A program made the translations under genes and the position numbers. DNA of 61,823 nucleotides, counting the filler. It is 5 parts of 5 records of this genome, joined end to end, with 100 filler letters (N's around TTAATTAATTAA, not from the genome) between each part and the next. Parts side by side here need not be neighbours in the genome. Positions count along the whole stretch, not along the records: positions 20,155 to 33,896 come from SRR2962707_4970; positions 33,997 to 43,628 come from SRR2962707_4972; 3 more parts are not named here. The stretch is one strand, 5' to 3'. Of this stretch, positions 26,340 to 35,661 are shown piece by piece (position 1 is the stretch's first letter; each line of letters starts with the position of its first letter). The notes beneath the pieces were generated by a model. That model was not told the DNA's origin and ran no database searches. It was given only the letters and a program-made list of their open reading frames with translations.

Positions 26340-27340
26340 GAATTTGTAGCCACAAAGCCCAAAACAAGAGTATCAAATATTTCTTTATTATTTAAAAATG
26401 TAGTTTCAATTGGCATATAATAAACATTATCCAGCTGTTTTTCCAATCTTACAAAATCTTTTTCTGTAGTTAAGACGAAGTCCTTTTCTTTTAAACCTTC
26501 AATTTCAGAAGCTGAGAAATTATGATGATCTGGATATTTATAATGTTTAAAACTTAATCCTTTTTCAGACAAATACTTCAAAAAAGGTTCTGGATGTGCA
26601 ATCCCTGTAACTACTGTAATTTCCTTCTCTTTAAGCGTATCAACTAAAAGTGAACTTGTATTAGAAAATACTTCATTTTTATAATTAATCCCCGTAAAAA
26701 ATACTTTCTGATTAGGTTGTACCTTTAATTGCTGAATTATTTGTTGTTGATTTTCCGAAGAAAAATCTAACGGACATTTAGTTACTAGAATAACGTCCGC
26801 TCTTTTAGCCTGCGATTTCAAATCTCGGAGATTTCCAGCTGGGAGCAAAAAATCGTTAGTATACAAATCGTTATGCATGGTTAAAAGAATATTTAATCCA
26901 GCCTTCACTTTTCGGTGTTGAAAAGCATCATCTAAAAGTATAACTTCAGGATGTAAAACTTCCTTTAATTCAGAAATTCCATGGCGTCTATCTTCATCTA
27001 CAGCAACAGCAACCCCTTTCAATTTCTTAAAATATTGAAAAGGTTCGTCTCCAATTTTTTCAACAGAAATATTTTCATTTGCTAAAACAAAACCTTTAGA
27101 AGCACGTTTATAGCCCCTACTTAAAATGGCTGTTTTATATTTTTTACGAAGAAGTGTAGCAATATATTCTGTCATTGGAGTTTTTCCAGTACCCCCAACA
27201 CTAACATTCCCGATACAAATAACAGGAAAATCGTAACTTACCGATTTGAAAAACTGAATATCAAATAAGTAGTTTCTTAAAAAAATGATAGCTCCATATA
27301 TCCATGAAACCGGTAAGAGCAATTTTCTCCATCTTCGCAT
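26336..27340 (-). CDS. lpxK: Tetraacyldisaccharide 4'-kinase
   Basis: GNVSVGGTGKTP, SRGY, GDEP, LDDAFQH, LPAGNLR, TTEKD. Confidence 0.96.
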   Translation of the reverse strand: MRRWRKLLLPVSWIYGAIIFLRNYLFDIQFFKSVSYDFPVICIGNVSVGGTGKTPMTEYIATLLRKKYKTAILSRGYKRASKGFVLANENISVEKIGDEPFQYFKKLKGVAVAVDEDRRHGISELKEVLHPEVILLDDAFQHRKVKAGLNILLTMHNDLYTNDFLLPAGNLRDLKSQAKRADVILVTKCPLDFSSENQQQIIQQLKVQPNQKVFFTGINYKNEVFSNTSSLLVDTLKEKEITVVTGIAHPEPFLKYLSEKGLSFKHYKYPDHHNFSASEIEGLKEKDFVLTTEKDFVRLEKQLDNVYYMPIETTFLNNKEIFDTLVLGFVATNS

Positions 27341-27360
27341 AAAGCGAAATTAGAATATTT

Positions 27361-27368
27361 TATCTTTG
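27361..27368 (+). promoter_or_regulatory. Bacteroidota -7 element (TATCTTTG) for the nif3 operon
   Basis: Exact consensus 15 nt upstream of ATG 27384, which argues against the TTG start at 27366. Confidence 0.7.
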
Positions 27369-27383
27369 AAAAAAAATGACTGT

Positions 27384-28478
27384 ATGCTTATTCAAGATGT
27401 AATTAATGCCATAGAAGAAATTGCGCCACTTCCTTATGCTGAAGATTTTGACAATGTAGGTTTGCTTATAGGCGATAAAACCGAGAAAACAACAGGTGTT
27501 TTAGTGTGTTTAGACACACTTGAAGAAGTTGTTGATGAGGCTATTGAGAAAAATTGTAATCTTATTGTTAGTTTTCATCCAATTATTTTTAGCGGATTAA
27601 AAAAAATAACGGGAAAGAATTATGTAGAGCGCGTGGTATTAAAAGCTATTAAAAATAATATTTCCATTTATTCCCCACATACTGCATTAGACAATAGTTT
27701 TGTTGGTGTAAACGCAAAGATTTGTGATGTGCTAGGACTGAAAAATAAAAAAGTTTTAATTCCGCAGAAAAGCACTATTAAGAAACTAATTACATTTATT
27801 CCAACAAATAGTGCAGACAAATTACGAGAAGCTCTTTTTAATGTAGGCGGAGGTTCTATTGGAAATTACGACCATTGTAGTTTTAATATTCAAGGCAAAG
27901 GGAGTTTTAAAGGAAATGAAGCTTCAAATCCAGTAATTGGAGAAAAGGGAATTACACATTTTGAAGAAGAAACTCAAATTGGAATTACATTTCCAAAGCA
28001 TTTAGAAAGTAAAATTTTAAATACACTATTTGCAAATCATCCTTATGAAGAGGTAGCTTATGAAGTTACAACCCTTGAAAATACAAACCAACACATTGGT
28101 ATTGGGATGATTGGAGAGTTGGAAACTGCACAAAATCCAATAGAATTTCTTAAATTCGTAAAAGAACGTATGCAAACGGGGTGTGTAAGGCATTCTAAAC
28201 TAATTGATAAGAAAATAAAAAAAGTAGCTGTTTTGGGTGGTAGTGGAGCATTTGCAATTCCCAATGCCGTCATGGCTGGAGCTGATATTTACATTACAGG
28301 CGATGTAAAATATCACGACTTTTACAAGGCTGAAAACAAGATAATTATAGCCGATATTGGTCATTATGAAACCGAACAGTTCACAAAAAATCTTTTAGTT
28401 GAGTATCTTACAAAAAAATTCACTAATTTTGCAGTCGTTTTATCAGTTTGTAATACAAATCCCGTCAAGTATTTATAA
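27384..28478 (+). CDS. Nif3-like dinuclear metal centre hexameric protein (with PII-like insert)
   Basis: DNVGLL, FHPIIF, HTALD, HPYEEVAY, GDVKYH, GHYETE. Confidence 0.93.
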   Translation: MLIQDVINAIEEIAPLPYAEDFDNVGLLIGDKTEKTTGVLVCLDTLEEVVDEAIEKNCNLIVSFHPIIFSGLKKITGKNYVERVVLKAIKNNISIYSPHTALDNSFVGVNAKICDVLGLKNKKVLIPQKSTIKKLITFIPTNSADKLREALFNVGGGSIGNYDHCSFNIQGKGSFKGNEASNPVIGEKGITHFEEETQIGITFPKHLESKILNTLFANHPYEEVAYEVTTLENTNQHIGIGMIGELETAQNPIEFLKFVKERMQTGCVRHSKLIDKKIKKVAVLGGSGAFAIPNAVMAGADIYITGDVKYHDFYKAENKIIIADIGHYETEQFTKNLLVEYLTKKFTNFAVVLSVCNTNPVKYL

Positions 28479-28483
28479 AAAAT

Positions 28484-29263
28484 ATGGCAAAGAAAATAGA
28501 AGCAACAGTAGAAGAAAAGTTAAGAACCTTATACGATTTGCAACTTATCGATTCTAGAATCGATGAAATAAGAAATGTTCGTGGTGAATTACCTTTAGAG
28601 GTTGAAGATTTAGAGGATGAAGTAGAAGGTTTAAGAACACGTTTAGATAAACTCAACGGGAATCTTGAAGAAATCACTCAAGAGATTGCCAATAAGAAAA
28701 ACCTTATTGAGGAGTCTAAATCTTCTATTAAAAAATATACCGAGCAACAAAAGAATGTTCGTAATAATAGAGAGTTCAACTCTTTATCTAAAGAAATTGA
28801 ATTTCAGGAATTAGAAATTGAATTGGCTGAAAAACACATCAAAGAATTCAAAGCTCAAATTGAGCAGAAAAAAGAGGTGATTAATCAATCTAAAGAGCGT
28901 TTATCTGAAAGAGAAAGTCATTTAAAGCACAAAAAAGGAGAGCTTGATGATATCTTGAAGGAAACTGAAAAAGAAGAAAAAACTTTAATGGATAAGAGTC
29001 TCTCTTATGAAGACCTTATTGAAGAAAGACTACTTTCTGCTTACAAAAGAATCCGTGGAAGTGTTAAAAACGGATTAGCTGTTGTAGCTATTGAACGTGG
29101 TGCTTCTGGAGGTTCTTTCTTTACAATTCCACCACAAGTACAAATGGAAATTGCATCTCGTAAAAAAATTATTACAGATGAGCACAGTGGTAGAATTTTG
29201 GTAGACCCAACACTTGCCGAAGAAGAAAAACAAAAAATGGAAGATCTTTTTGCTTCTATTTAA
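28484..29263 (+). CDS. Coiled-coil/C4 zinc-ribbon family protein (DUF164/CT398-like), cysteine-less
   Basis: Long coiled coil then ASGGSFFTIPPQ...ITDEHSGRILVD; usual position after nif3. Confidence 0.88.
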   Translation: MAKKIEATVEEKLRTLYDLQLIDSRIDEIRNVRGELPLEVEDLEDEVEGLRTRLDKLNGNLEEITQEIANKKNLIEESKSSIKKYTEQQKNVRNNREFNSLSKEIEFQELEIELAEKHIKEFKAQIEQKKEVINQSKERLSERESHLKHKKGELDDILKETEKEEKTLMDKSLSYEDLIEERLLSAYKRIRGSVKNGLAVVAIERGASGGSFFTIPPQVQMEIASRKKIITDEHSGRILVDPTLAEEEKQKMEDLFASI

Positions 29264-29283
29264 AACACTAAGATATATAATTT

Positions 29284-29312
29284 AAGCCTCGCAAATTTGC
29301 GAGGCTTTTTTT
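29284..29312 (+). terminator. Intrinsic terminator
   Basis: Perfect palindrome AAGCCTCGCAAATTTGCGAGGCTT followed by a T run. Confidence 0.85.
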
Positions 29313-29383
29313 ATCCTTCAACTTTTGTATATTTAAACTAGCTATCTCTTTAGTAGATTTCATAATATTTAAACAGTTTAAAA

Positions 29384-31222
29384 TTGCCTAGAAAACTAGA
29401 ATCTTTAAAAGATAAAAAAAAGGAAAAAACCTCCATTAGAGATTCTTTTAATGCTTTTAAGTACATTCCTCGTTTTTCATCAGAAATATGGAAAACAAGT
29501 AGGGTTATGTATTCCATAAATACATTTGCAAGACTCCTTAATGCCTTTGCTCCTGTTATTTTACTTTGGGTGGGAAAACTTATCATTGATGAGATTATCT
29601 TACAAATAAATACGCCAGAAAAAGACTATTCGCTCCTATGGAAATATGTTGCTTTAGAATTATTTGTGGCTTTAATATCCGATTTAATAAGCAGGCTAAT
29701 AACTTTAACAGATAGTTTGTTAGGCGATTTATATGCCAATAAGTCTTCGGTAACCATTATCAAAAAAACTAACGAAATAGGCATTAGTCAGCTTGAAGAT
29801 CCCGATTTTTATGACAAACTGGAGCGTGCCCGCACCCAAACTACAAGTCGCGTTAACCTCATGTCCAACATACTAACACAAGTACAAAGTGTTATTAGTA
29901 TGATTTCTTTAATTGCGGGACTTATTTATTTTGAGCCTATTCTTATTGCCATTCTTATTTTGAGTATTATCCCTTCTTTTATTAATGAAGTGAAATTTAG
30001 CTCTCAAAGCTATTCCCTGGCTAGAAGTTGGACTTCCGAACGCCGAGAATTAGATTATTTACGTTTTGTAGGAGCTAATGACAAAACTGCAAAAGAAATC
30101 AAGCTTTTTGGTTTAACAGACTATGTAGCCAACAGATTTAAAGTTTTATCCGACGAGTATTACGAGCTTAATAAGAAGTTGGCTGTTAAAAGAAGTACCT
30201 ATGGAGCACTATTTAATCTATTAGGGGTTCTCTCCTACTATTCTGCATACATTCTTATTATTTATAGGGTTTTAACTGGAAATATATCTATTGGAGAACT
30301 TACTTTTTTAAGTGGATCTTTTAATAGATTACGAAATAACTTACAAGGGTTTTTCACTCGCTTTACCAGAATTTCTCAAAGTGCTTTATACTTAAAAGAC
30401 TATTTTGATTTTATCGATATAGAAGTAAAAGAAGATACTTCTAATGAAATTCCGATTCCTTCCACTATTAAAGAAGGTTTTGTTTTAGAAGATGTAAGCT
30501 TTAAATACCCTGGAAATAAAGAACATGTTTTAAAAGGAATCTCATTTAAACTAAAGGCAGGTGAAAAAATGGCTTTTGTGGGACAAAATGGAGCGGGAAA
30601 AACTACTTTAATAAAATTATTTTTACGCTTTTATGAGCCAACATCTGGAACAATATATTTAGATGGTATTGACATAAAAAGATTTAATAAAGACGAGTAT
30701 CAAAAAATATTTGGAGTAATATTTCAAGATTTCTTTAAATATGAATTTACCGTTAAAGAAAATATTGCAGTAGGGAAAATTGATGAAATTGAAAATCAAG
30801 ACCGTATAGAAAAAGCTGCGGTACAAAGCTTAGCTTCGGAGGTAGTTAGTGAACTCAAAAAAGGATACAATCAGCAATTAGGAAAACGATTTAATAAAGG
30901 GCAAGAATTATCTGGCGGACAATGGCAAAAAATAGCACTCGCTAGAGCTTATATGAAAGACGCCGATGTTTTAATTTTAGACGAACCTACCTCTGCCCTC
31001 GATGCAAAAGCAGAGTTTGATGTATTTGAACGCTTTATAGGACTTACAAAAGGAAAAACAAGCATTATTATCTCCCACCGATTTAGTACCGTAAGAATGG
31101 CAGATACTATTTTAGTTTTGAAAGATGGGAAAGTTCATGAAATTGGAACACATGAAGCTTTAATGAATAACGAGAGTTTATACGCCGAGCTTTTCTCATT
31201 ACAAGCTTCAGGATATCAATAA
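29384..31222 (+). CDS. ABC exporter, fused permease/ATP-binding protein
   Basis: N-terminal TM domain; GQNGAGKTT, LSGGQWQ, ILDEPT, ISHR. Confidence 0.92.
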   Translation: MPRKLESLKDKKKEKTSIRDSFNAFKYIPRFSSEIWKTSRVMYSINTFARLLNAFAPVILLWVGKLIIDEIILQINTPEKDYSLLWKYVALELFVALISDLISRLITLTDSLLGDLYANKSSVTIIKKTNEIGISQLEDPDFYDKLERARTQTTSRVNLMSNILTQVQSVISMISLIAGLIYFEPILIAILILSIIPSFINEVKFSSQSYSLARSWTSERRELDYLRFVGANDKTAKEIKLFGLTDYVANRFKVLSDEYYELNKKLAVKRSTYGALFNLLGVLSYYSAYILIIYRVLTGNISIGELTFLSGSFNRLRNNLQGFFTRFTRISQSALYLKDYFDFIDIEVKEDTSNEIPIPSTIKEGFVLEDVSFKYPGNKEHVLKGISFKLKAGEKMAFVGQNGAGKTTLIKLFLRFYEPTSGTIYLDGIDIKRFNKDEYQKIFGVIFQDFFKYEFTVKENIAVGKIDEIENQDRIEKAAVQSLASEVVSELKKGYNQQLGKRFNKGQELSGGQWQKIALARAYMKDADVLILDEPTSALDAKAEFDVFERFIGLTKGKTSIIISHRFSTVRMADTILVLKDGKVHEIGTHEALMNNESLYAELFSLQASGYQ

Positions 31223-31224
31223 GA

Positions 31225-31872
31225 CTATACTTTTTCTGGAGCATCGCAGAGAGTAACTGCTTTCCCTAAATATGCTGGATTATTTATATTATCAATAATA
31301 AAATGAGCAACATCAAGTCTAGAAATATGATTTGTAGGAACTCTTCCTTTCTCTAAAACAATATAATTAGGGGTTTCAAAAGTTTCATCTTTCAGCCCCA
31401 TAGGTCTAATTATTGTATAAGGTAAAGCACTCCCTCTCACTAATTTTTCCTGATTAGAATGGTCAAAAATATGCCCTTTCAATATTGTTTTTGCAAACGC
31501 TTTACTTAGAAAACCTAATTGATCTATACTCTCGTTAACCCCCGCAGAACTCATTATCCACACACGGGCGTTACTATTTCGAGCCTCTAAAGCTGCTATT
31601 ATATTTTTGGTGCTTTCAGTACGTACCGACGAGCACTTGAGACTATCCGCTCCAACAGCTATAACCACTGCCTCAAAATTATTATTACAAATAAGGTTTT
31701 TTATAGCAACCTCATCTAGAGCATCTCCATGAACTACTTTCACTCCTGTTTGAGGTCTATCCAGTTTTTCTGGAGAACGAACAAAAACAGTTACACGATG
31801 CCCTTCATTAACTGCCAACTTTACAATATGCCGACCTGTTCTTCCTGTAGCACCAATTACGAGAATTTCCAT
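31225..31872 (-). CDS. NAD(P)H-binding flavin reductase/BVR-B-like atypical SDR
   Basis: GATGRTG, GDAL, TIIRP, ISRLDVA. Confidence 0.85.
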   Translation of the reverse strand: MEILVIGATGRTGRHIVKLAVNEGHRVTVFVRSPEKLDRPQTGVKVVHGDALDEVAIKNLICNNNFEAVVIAVGADSLKCSSVRTESTKNIIAALEARNSNARVWIMSSAGVNESIDQLGFLSKAFAKTILKGHIFDHSNQEKLVRGSALPYTIIRPMGLKDETFETPNYIVLEKGRVPTNHISRLDVAHFIIDNINNPAYLGKAVTLCDAPEKV

Positions 31873-32003
31873 AGTTTTAAAATTAAAATATCAAGATACG
31901 TTAATTTCTATTATTCTTAAATAATTAATATCTCTTATTAAATGTATTGAAAATATTAGAGTTTTCAAGGCTAATTAAATAGAATTTAACGGTTTTAGAA
32001 TCT

Positions 32004-32351
32004 TTAAATTACCTCCTCAATTATAGATGTTCCTTTAGAAAAATCATCAGAAGTCCATTCCCAACTTTCATGAAGCTTTACACGTCCATTTTCTAAAACC
32101 TCTGGTATTGAGATACATTTACCAGTTTTTATATCTCCATTGATATCAATTTGATGATAACGCATATCTATCACTCCAGCTTCATTTACGAGACCAATTA
32201 AATGCCCTTTTAAAATTACTCCTCCACTATATGTAGCTGTTAGAATATTTCCTTCTTGTTTGTAATAAAAAATAGTTTCTTTGGATGTTTGTCCGTTTTC
32301 AGAATTTGAAATGGCTTTAAAAACCCTATTGTTGTAGTTTATCAGACTCAT
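32004..32351 (-). CDS. Conserved hypothetical beta-rich protein
   Basis: 115 aa; YSGG..LKGHLIG, G.C.S.PE and LHESWEW; TAATG overlap with the kmo stop. Confidence 0.75.
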   Translation of the reverse strand: MSLINYNNRVFKAISNSENGQTSKETIFYYKQEGNILTATYSGGVILKGHLIGLVNEAGVIDMRYHQIDINGDIKTGKCISIPEVLENGRVKLHESWEWTSDDFSKGTSIIEEVI

Positions 32352-33694
32352 TATTTTGATAATTTTTCTAAGATAGCATTCTCTATCTCTTCACTATCCC
32401 ATTTTTCTTTGATGTTTTCCATTTTCATAATTTCATCCATAATTTCCTTCTGAAAATCTCCCACACGAAGCGCTTCAGAATAAGGATGTTCAGAAAAAGT
32501 AACCCTACTGTACAAAGGCATCCATTTTTCTGGATGCTTATCAGAAAAATGTTTTTCTATTTTCTTTCTCAACAAGAAGTTTTCATCAGCAGTTTTAGAA
32601 CTCATTTCTACAAAATTCCTATAACTCAATTCTGCAATTGCATCAGTATTGGGTTTTCGAGAAGCTTCATATTCATTAAAAATAGTATGCCAATCATCCC
32701 CATACTTTTCAATAAGCTCATTTAAAACAGTAATATCTTCAAAACCAGCATTCATTCCTTGTCCATAAAACGGTACAATAGCATGAGCTGCATCTCCAAT
32801 TAAGGCTACTTTATCCCAATAACTCCAAGGCTCACACTTAATAGTTACCAAAGAGCTTGTTGGGTTTTTAAAAAAATCTTTTATTAAATCTGGAATTACA
32901 TCCACCGCATCTTCAAAATGCTTTATAAAAAAAGCTTCTAACTTTTCTTCGGTATCTAACCCTTCAAAAGAAATTTCTCCCTCAATTGGCATAAATAATG
33001 TACACGTAAAACTTCCATCCAAATTGGGGAGCGCTATAAGCATAAACTCGCCTCTAGGCCAGATATGAAGAGAATTATCATTTAATTTATGAGTTCCATC
33101 TGGATTTGCAGGAATACTCAACTCTTTATACCCTGTTTTTAAAAAATGCTGACTGTAATTAAACATACTACGCCGTTGCATTTTATGTCGGATTCTAGAA
33201 AAAGCACCATCAGCTCCAAAAACTATATCATATGGATGTGCTTCCCACTCCCCTTTTTCTGTTTCTCCAGTATAAATAATAGCGTCGGAAAGAGAAACAT
33301 CCCACACTTTAGAATTAAAAACAAAATTTACACCAGCCTCTTCAGCTAAATCAATCATTTTTTTATTTAATATCCCTCTAGAAATAGAATAAATAGCTTC
33401 GCCTTCTTTTCCATAATATTGAAAATACACTGGTTTATTAGGCGTATGAATTGCTCTTTTATCCATTGGAATAGCTATTTCTTTGATGGGAGCATCAATT
33501 CCTATGGTTTCTAACGCTTTCCATCCACGCGTAGACATAGCCAAGTTAATAGACCTCCCAGAAAACTCCATCGTTCTAATATCTGGTCGTCTATCAAACA
33601 CGTCAACCTGATGTCCTTTTTTTTGTAAATAAATAGCTAATAAACTTCCTACGAGTCCGCTTCCGGTAATCGCAATCTTTTTTGGCGTTTGCAT
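32351..33694 (-). CDS. kmo: Kynurenine 3-monooxygenase
   Basis: GSGLVG, GRSINLA, GADGAFS, LHIWPR, GDAAHAIVPFYGQGMNAGFED, PLYSRVTFS. Confidence 0.93.
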   Translation of the reverse strand: MQTPKKIAITGSGLVGSLLAIYLQKKGHQVDVFDRRPDIRTMEFSGRSINLAMSTRGWKALETIGIDAPIKEIAIPMDKRAIHTPNKPVYFQYYGKEGEAIYSISRGILNKKMIDLAEEAGVNFVFNSKVWDVSLSDAIIYTGETEKGEWEAHPYDIVFGADGAFSRIRHKMQRRSMFNYSQHFLKTGYKELSIPANPDGTHKLNDNSLHIWPRGEFMLIALPNLDGSFTCTLFMPIEGEISFEGLDTEEKLEAFFIKHFEDAVDVIPDLIKDFFKNPTSSLVTIKCEPWSYWDKVALIGDAAHAIVPFYGQGMNAGFEDITVLNELIEKYGDDWHTIFNEYEASRKPNTDAIAELSYRNFVEMSSKTADENFLLRKKIEKHFSDKHPEKWMPLYSRVTFSEHPYSEALRVGDFQKEIMDEIMKMENIKEKWDSEEIENAILEKLSK

Positions 33695-33738
33695 GTGGAT
33701 ATAAAATATAAAAAGTCCCGCTTATGCGGGATTCTTCA

Positions 33739-33746
33739 CAAAGTTA
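33739..33746 (-). promoter_or_regulatory. Bacteroidota -7 element (TAACTTTG) for kmo
   Basis: Exact consensus on the minus strand about 45 nt upstream of the kmo ATG. Confidence 0.65.
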
Positions 33747-33896
33747 ACAAATTATACCGTTTTATTAACCTATGTCAATAACAACAAGTGTTATCTGTAC
33801 TTATATTTGAAATTAGTTACCTCATAATAAGCTTATGAAGTATTAATTAGAAGAAATAAAAAACAATTCGACTTAGAGCCCTTCGGTAAACTCAGG

Positions 33897-33996
33897 NNNN
33901 NNNNNNNNNNNNNNNNNNNNNNNNNNNNNNNNNNNNNNNNTTAATTAATTAANNNNNNNNNNNNNNNNNNNNNNNNNNNNNNNNNNNNNNNNNNNN
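33897..33996. other. Artificial contig spacer
   Basis: N44-TTAATTAATTAA-N44; abrupt switch from AT-rich to GC-rich sequence. Confidence 0.98.
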
Positions 33997-33997
33997 A

Positions 33998-34026
33998 CCA
34001 TACGCCTGCCATACGCATTCCATACG
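33998..34026. repeat. Three CCATACG heptamers with 11-bp period
   Basis: Exact copies start at 33998, 34009 and 34020. Confidence 0.75.
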
Positions 34027-34033
34027 GCCCAAA

Positions 34034-34780
34034 ATGACCAATCTGCCCCCCACCACCAGCCGCAAACTCGGCCTCGTGATCGATCTGGACACCTGTGTCG
34101 GGTGCCAGGCTTGCGTGATTTCCTGCAAGGGGTGGAACACCGAAAACTATGGTGCGCCGCTGTCAGATCAGGACCCATACGGCGCCGATCCCTCGGGCAC
34201 CTTCCTCAACCGCGTGCATTCCTACGAGGTGCAGCCAGATACCGGCCCGGCGCAGCTCGTCCATTTTCCAAAGTCTTGTTTACACTGCGAAAATGCCCCC
34301 TGCGTTACCGTCTGCCCCACCGGGGCCAGCTACAAGCGGGTTGAGGATGGCATCGTTCTGGTCAACGAAAAGGACTGTATCGGTTGCGGGCTCTGCGCCT
34401 GGGCCTGCCCCTATGGCGCGCGCGAAATGGACGCGGCCGCGGGGGTGATGAAAAAATGCACCCTCTGCGTTGACCGCATTTATAACGAAAACCTTCCCGA
34501 AGAGGATCGCACCCCCGCCTGCGTGCGCACCTGCCCGTCGAACGCCCGACATTTCGGGGACTTTGCCGACCCGGAAAGCAATGTTTCCCAATTGGTTAGG
34601 GATCGTGGCGGCATGGATCTCATGCCAGAACAGGGCACGCAGCCGGTCAACAAATATCTGCCTCCGCGTGCTCGGGATGACTGGGCTGTCACCTCTGTCC
34701 TCGCCCCCTTTCTAACGCCCGTGGTCGAAGAGCCGCGCGGCTTCCTCGGTTGGCTAGACAAGGCTTTGGACAAGATCTGA
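34034..34780 (+). CDS. soeB: Sulfite dehydrogenase SoeABC iron-sulfur subunit (DmsB-like)
   Basis: Four [4Fe-4S] Cys motifs; LGLVIDLDTCVGC..C..SCKGWN and LNRVHSYE typical of SoeB; followed by a DmsC-type anchor. Confidence 0.85.
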   Translation: MTNLPPTTSRKLGLVIDLDTCVGCQACVISCKGWNTENYGAPLSDQDPYGADPSGTFLNRVHSYEVQPDTGPAQLVHFPKSCLHCENAPCVTVCPTGASYKRVEDGIVLVNEKDCIGCGLCAWACPYGAREMDAAAGVMKKCTLCVDRIYNENLPEEDRTPACVRTCPSNARHFGDFADPESNVSQLVRDRGGMDLMPEQGTQPVNKYLPPRARDDWAVTSVLAPFLTPVVEEPRGFLGWLDKALDKI

Positions 34781-34781
34781 T

Positions 34782-35654
34782 ATGCATCCTGCACCCTCGA
34801 TCATCGCGTTCACGACCTTCTCGGGCCTCGGCTTTGGCCTGCTGTTCTGGCTGGGCCTTGACCCGACGCCGCCGACCGGCTGGGTGGCTTTTGTGTTCTT
34901 TTTCATCGGCTTCGTGCTGGCTGTCGGGGGGCTTGCCGCATCAGCGAAACACCTGGGCCGTCCCGAACGCGCGCTCAAGGCTTTCAGCCAGTGGCGCAGC
35001 AGCTGGCTCTCTCGCGAGGCGTGTTGCGCCGTCGCCGCGCTTGTCACGATGGGCCTTTATGCGGCGGGGCTGGTCTTGGCCGGGGTCCCGCTCGTCCCGC
35101 TGGGCTGGCTGGGGGCCGTGCTATCGCTTTTGACCGTGTTAACCACGTCAATGATATACGCCCAGCTGAAAACGGTCCCGCGCTGGAACAGCCTCTGGAC
35201 ACCGGCGCTGTTCCTTTGCCTGTCGCTGGGCGGTGGTGCCCTGCTGGCCGGGCGCGTGACTTTTGCGCTGGTGCTGATTGTGATCGCTGGTGGGCTGCAG
35301 GTCTGGTGGTGGCATACTGGCGACAGGGCGCTGGCACAGTCCGGGACAACGCTTGGCACCGCCACGGGGCTGGGCGGGCGCGGCACGGTCCGCGCGTTTG
35401 AACCGCCACATACCGGCAACAATTACCTGTTGCGGGAAATGGTCTATGTTGTTGCACGTCGCCATGCGCTGAAACTGCGGGTCATTGCCCTTGTTTTCAT
35501 GTCGATTGTGCCGGTGGCGCTCTTGCTTGTGCCTTTTCATCACATCACCGCACTACTGGCGGTGCTTAGCCATGTTGCGGGCGTTCTGATCGCCCGCTGG
35601 TTGTTCTTTGCCGAGGCCGAGCATGTAGTCGGCCTTTACTATGGCAAGCGTTAG
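34782..35654 (+). CDS. soeC: Sulfite dehydrogenase SoeABC membrane anchor (DmsC family)
   Basis: MHPAPSII.FTT, HLGRPERA..AFSQWRSSWLSRE, RWLFFAEAEH. Confidence 0.85.
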   Translation: MHPAPSIIAFTTFSGLGFGLLFWLGLDPTPPTGWVAFVFFFIGFVLAVGGLAASAKHLGRPERALKAFSQWRSSWLSREACCAVAALVTMGLYAAGLVLAGVPLVPLGWLGAVLSLLTVLTTSMIYAQLKTVPRWNSLWTPALFLCLSLGGGALLAGRVTFALVLIVIAGGLQVWWWHTGDRALAQSGTTLGTATGLGGRGTVRAFEPPHTGNNYLLREMVYVVARRHALKLRVIALVFMSIVPVALLLVPFHHITALLAVLSHVAGVLIARWLFFAEAEHVVGLYYGKR

Positions 35655-35661
35655 GCCCGCA

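Noticed and set aside
33945-34178. ORFs running into N runs (33945-34178, 33949-34140)
   Set aside because: Artefacts of translating through the spacer, antisense to soeB.
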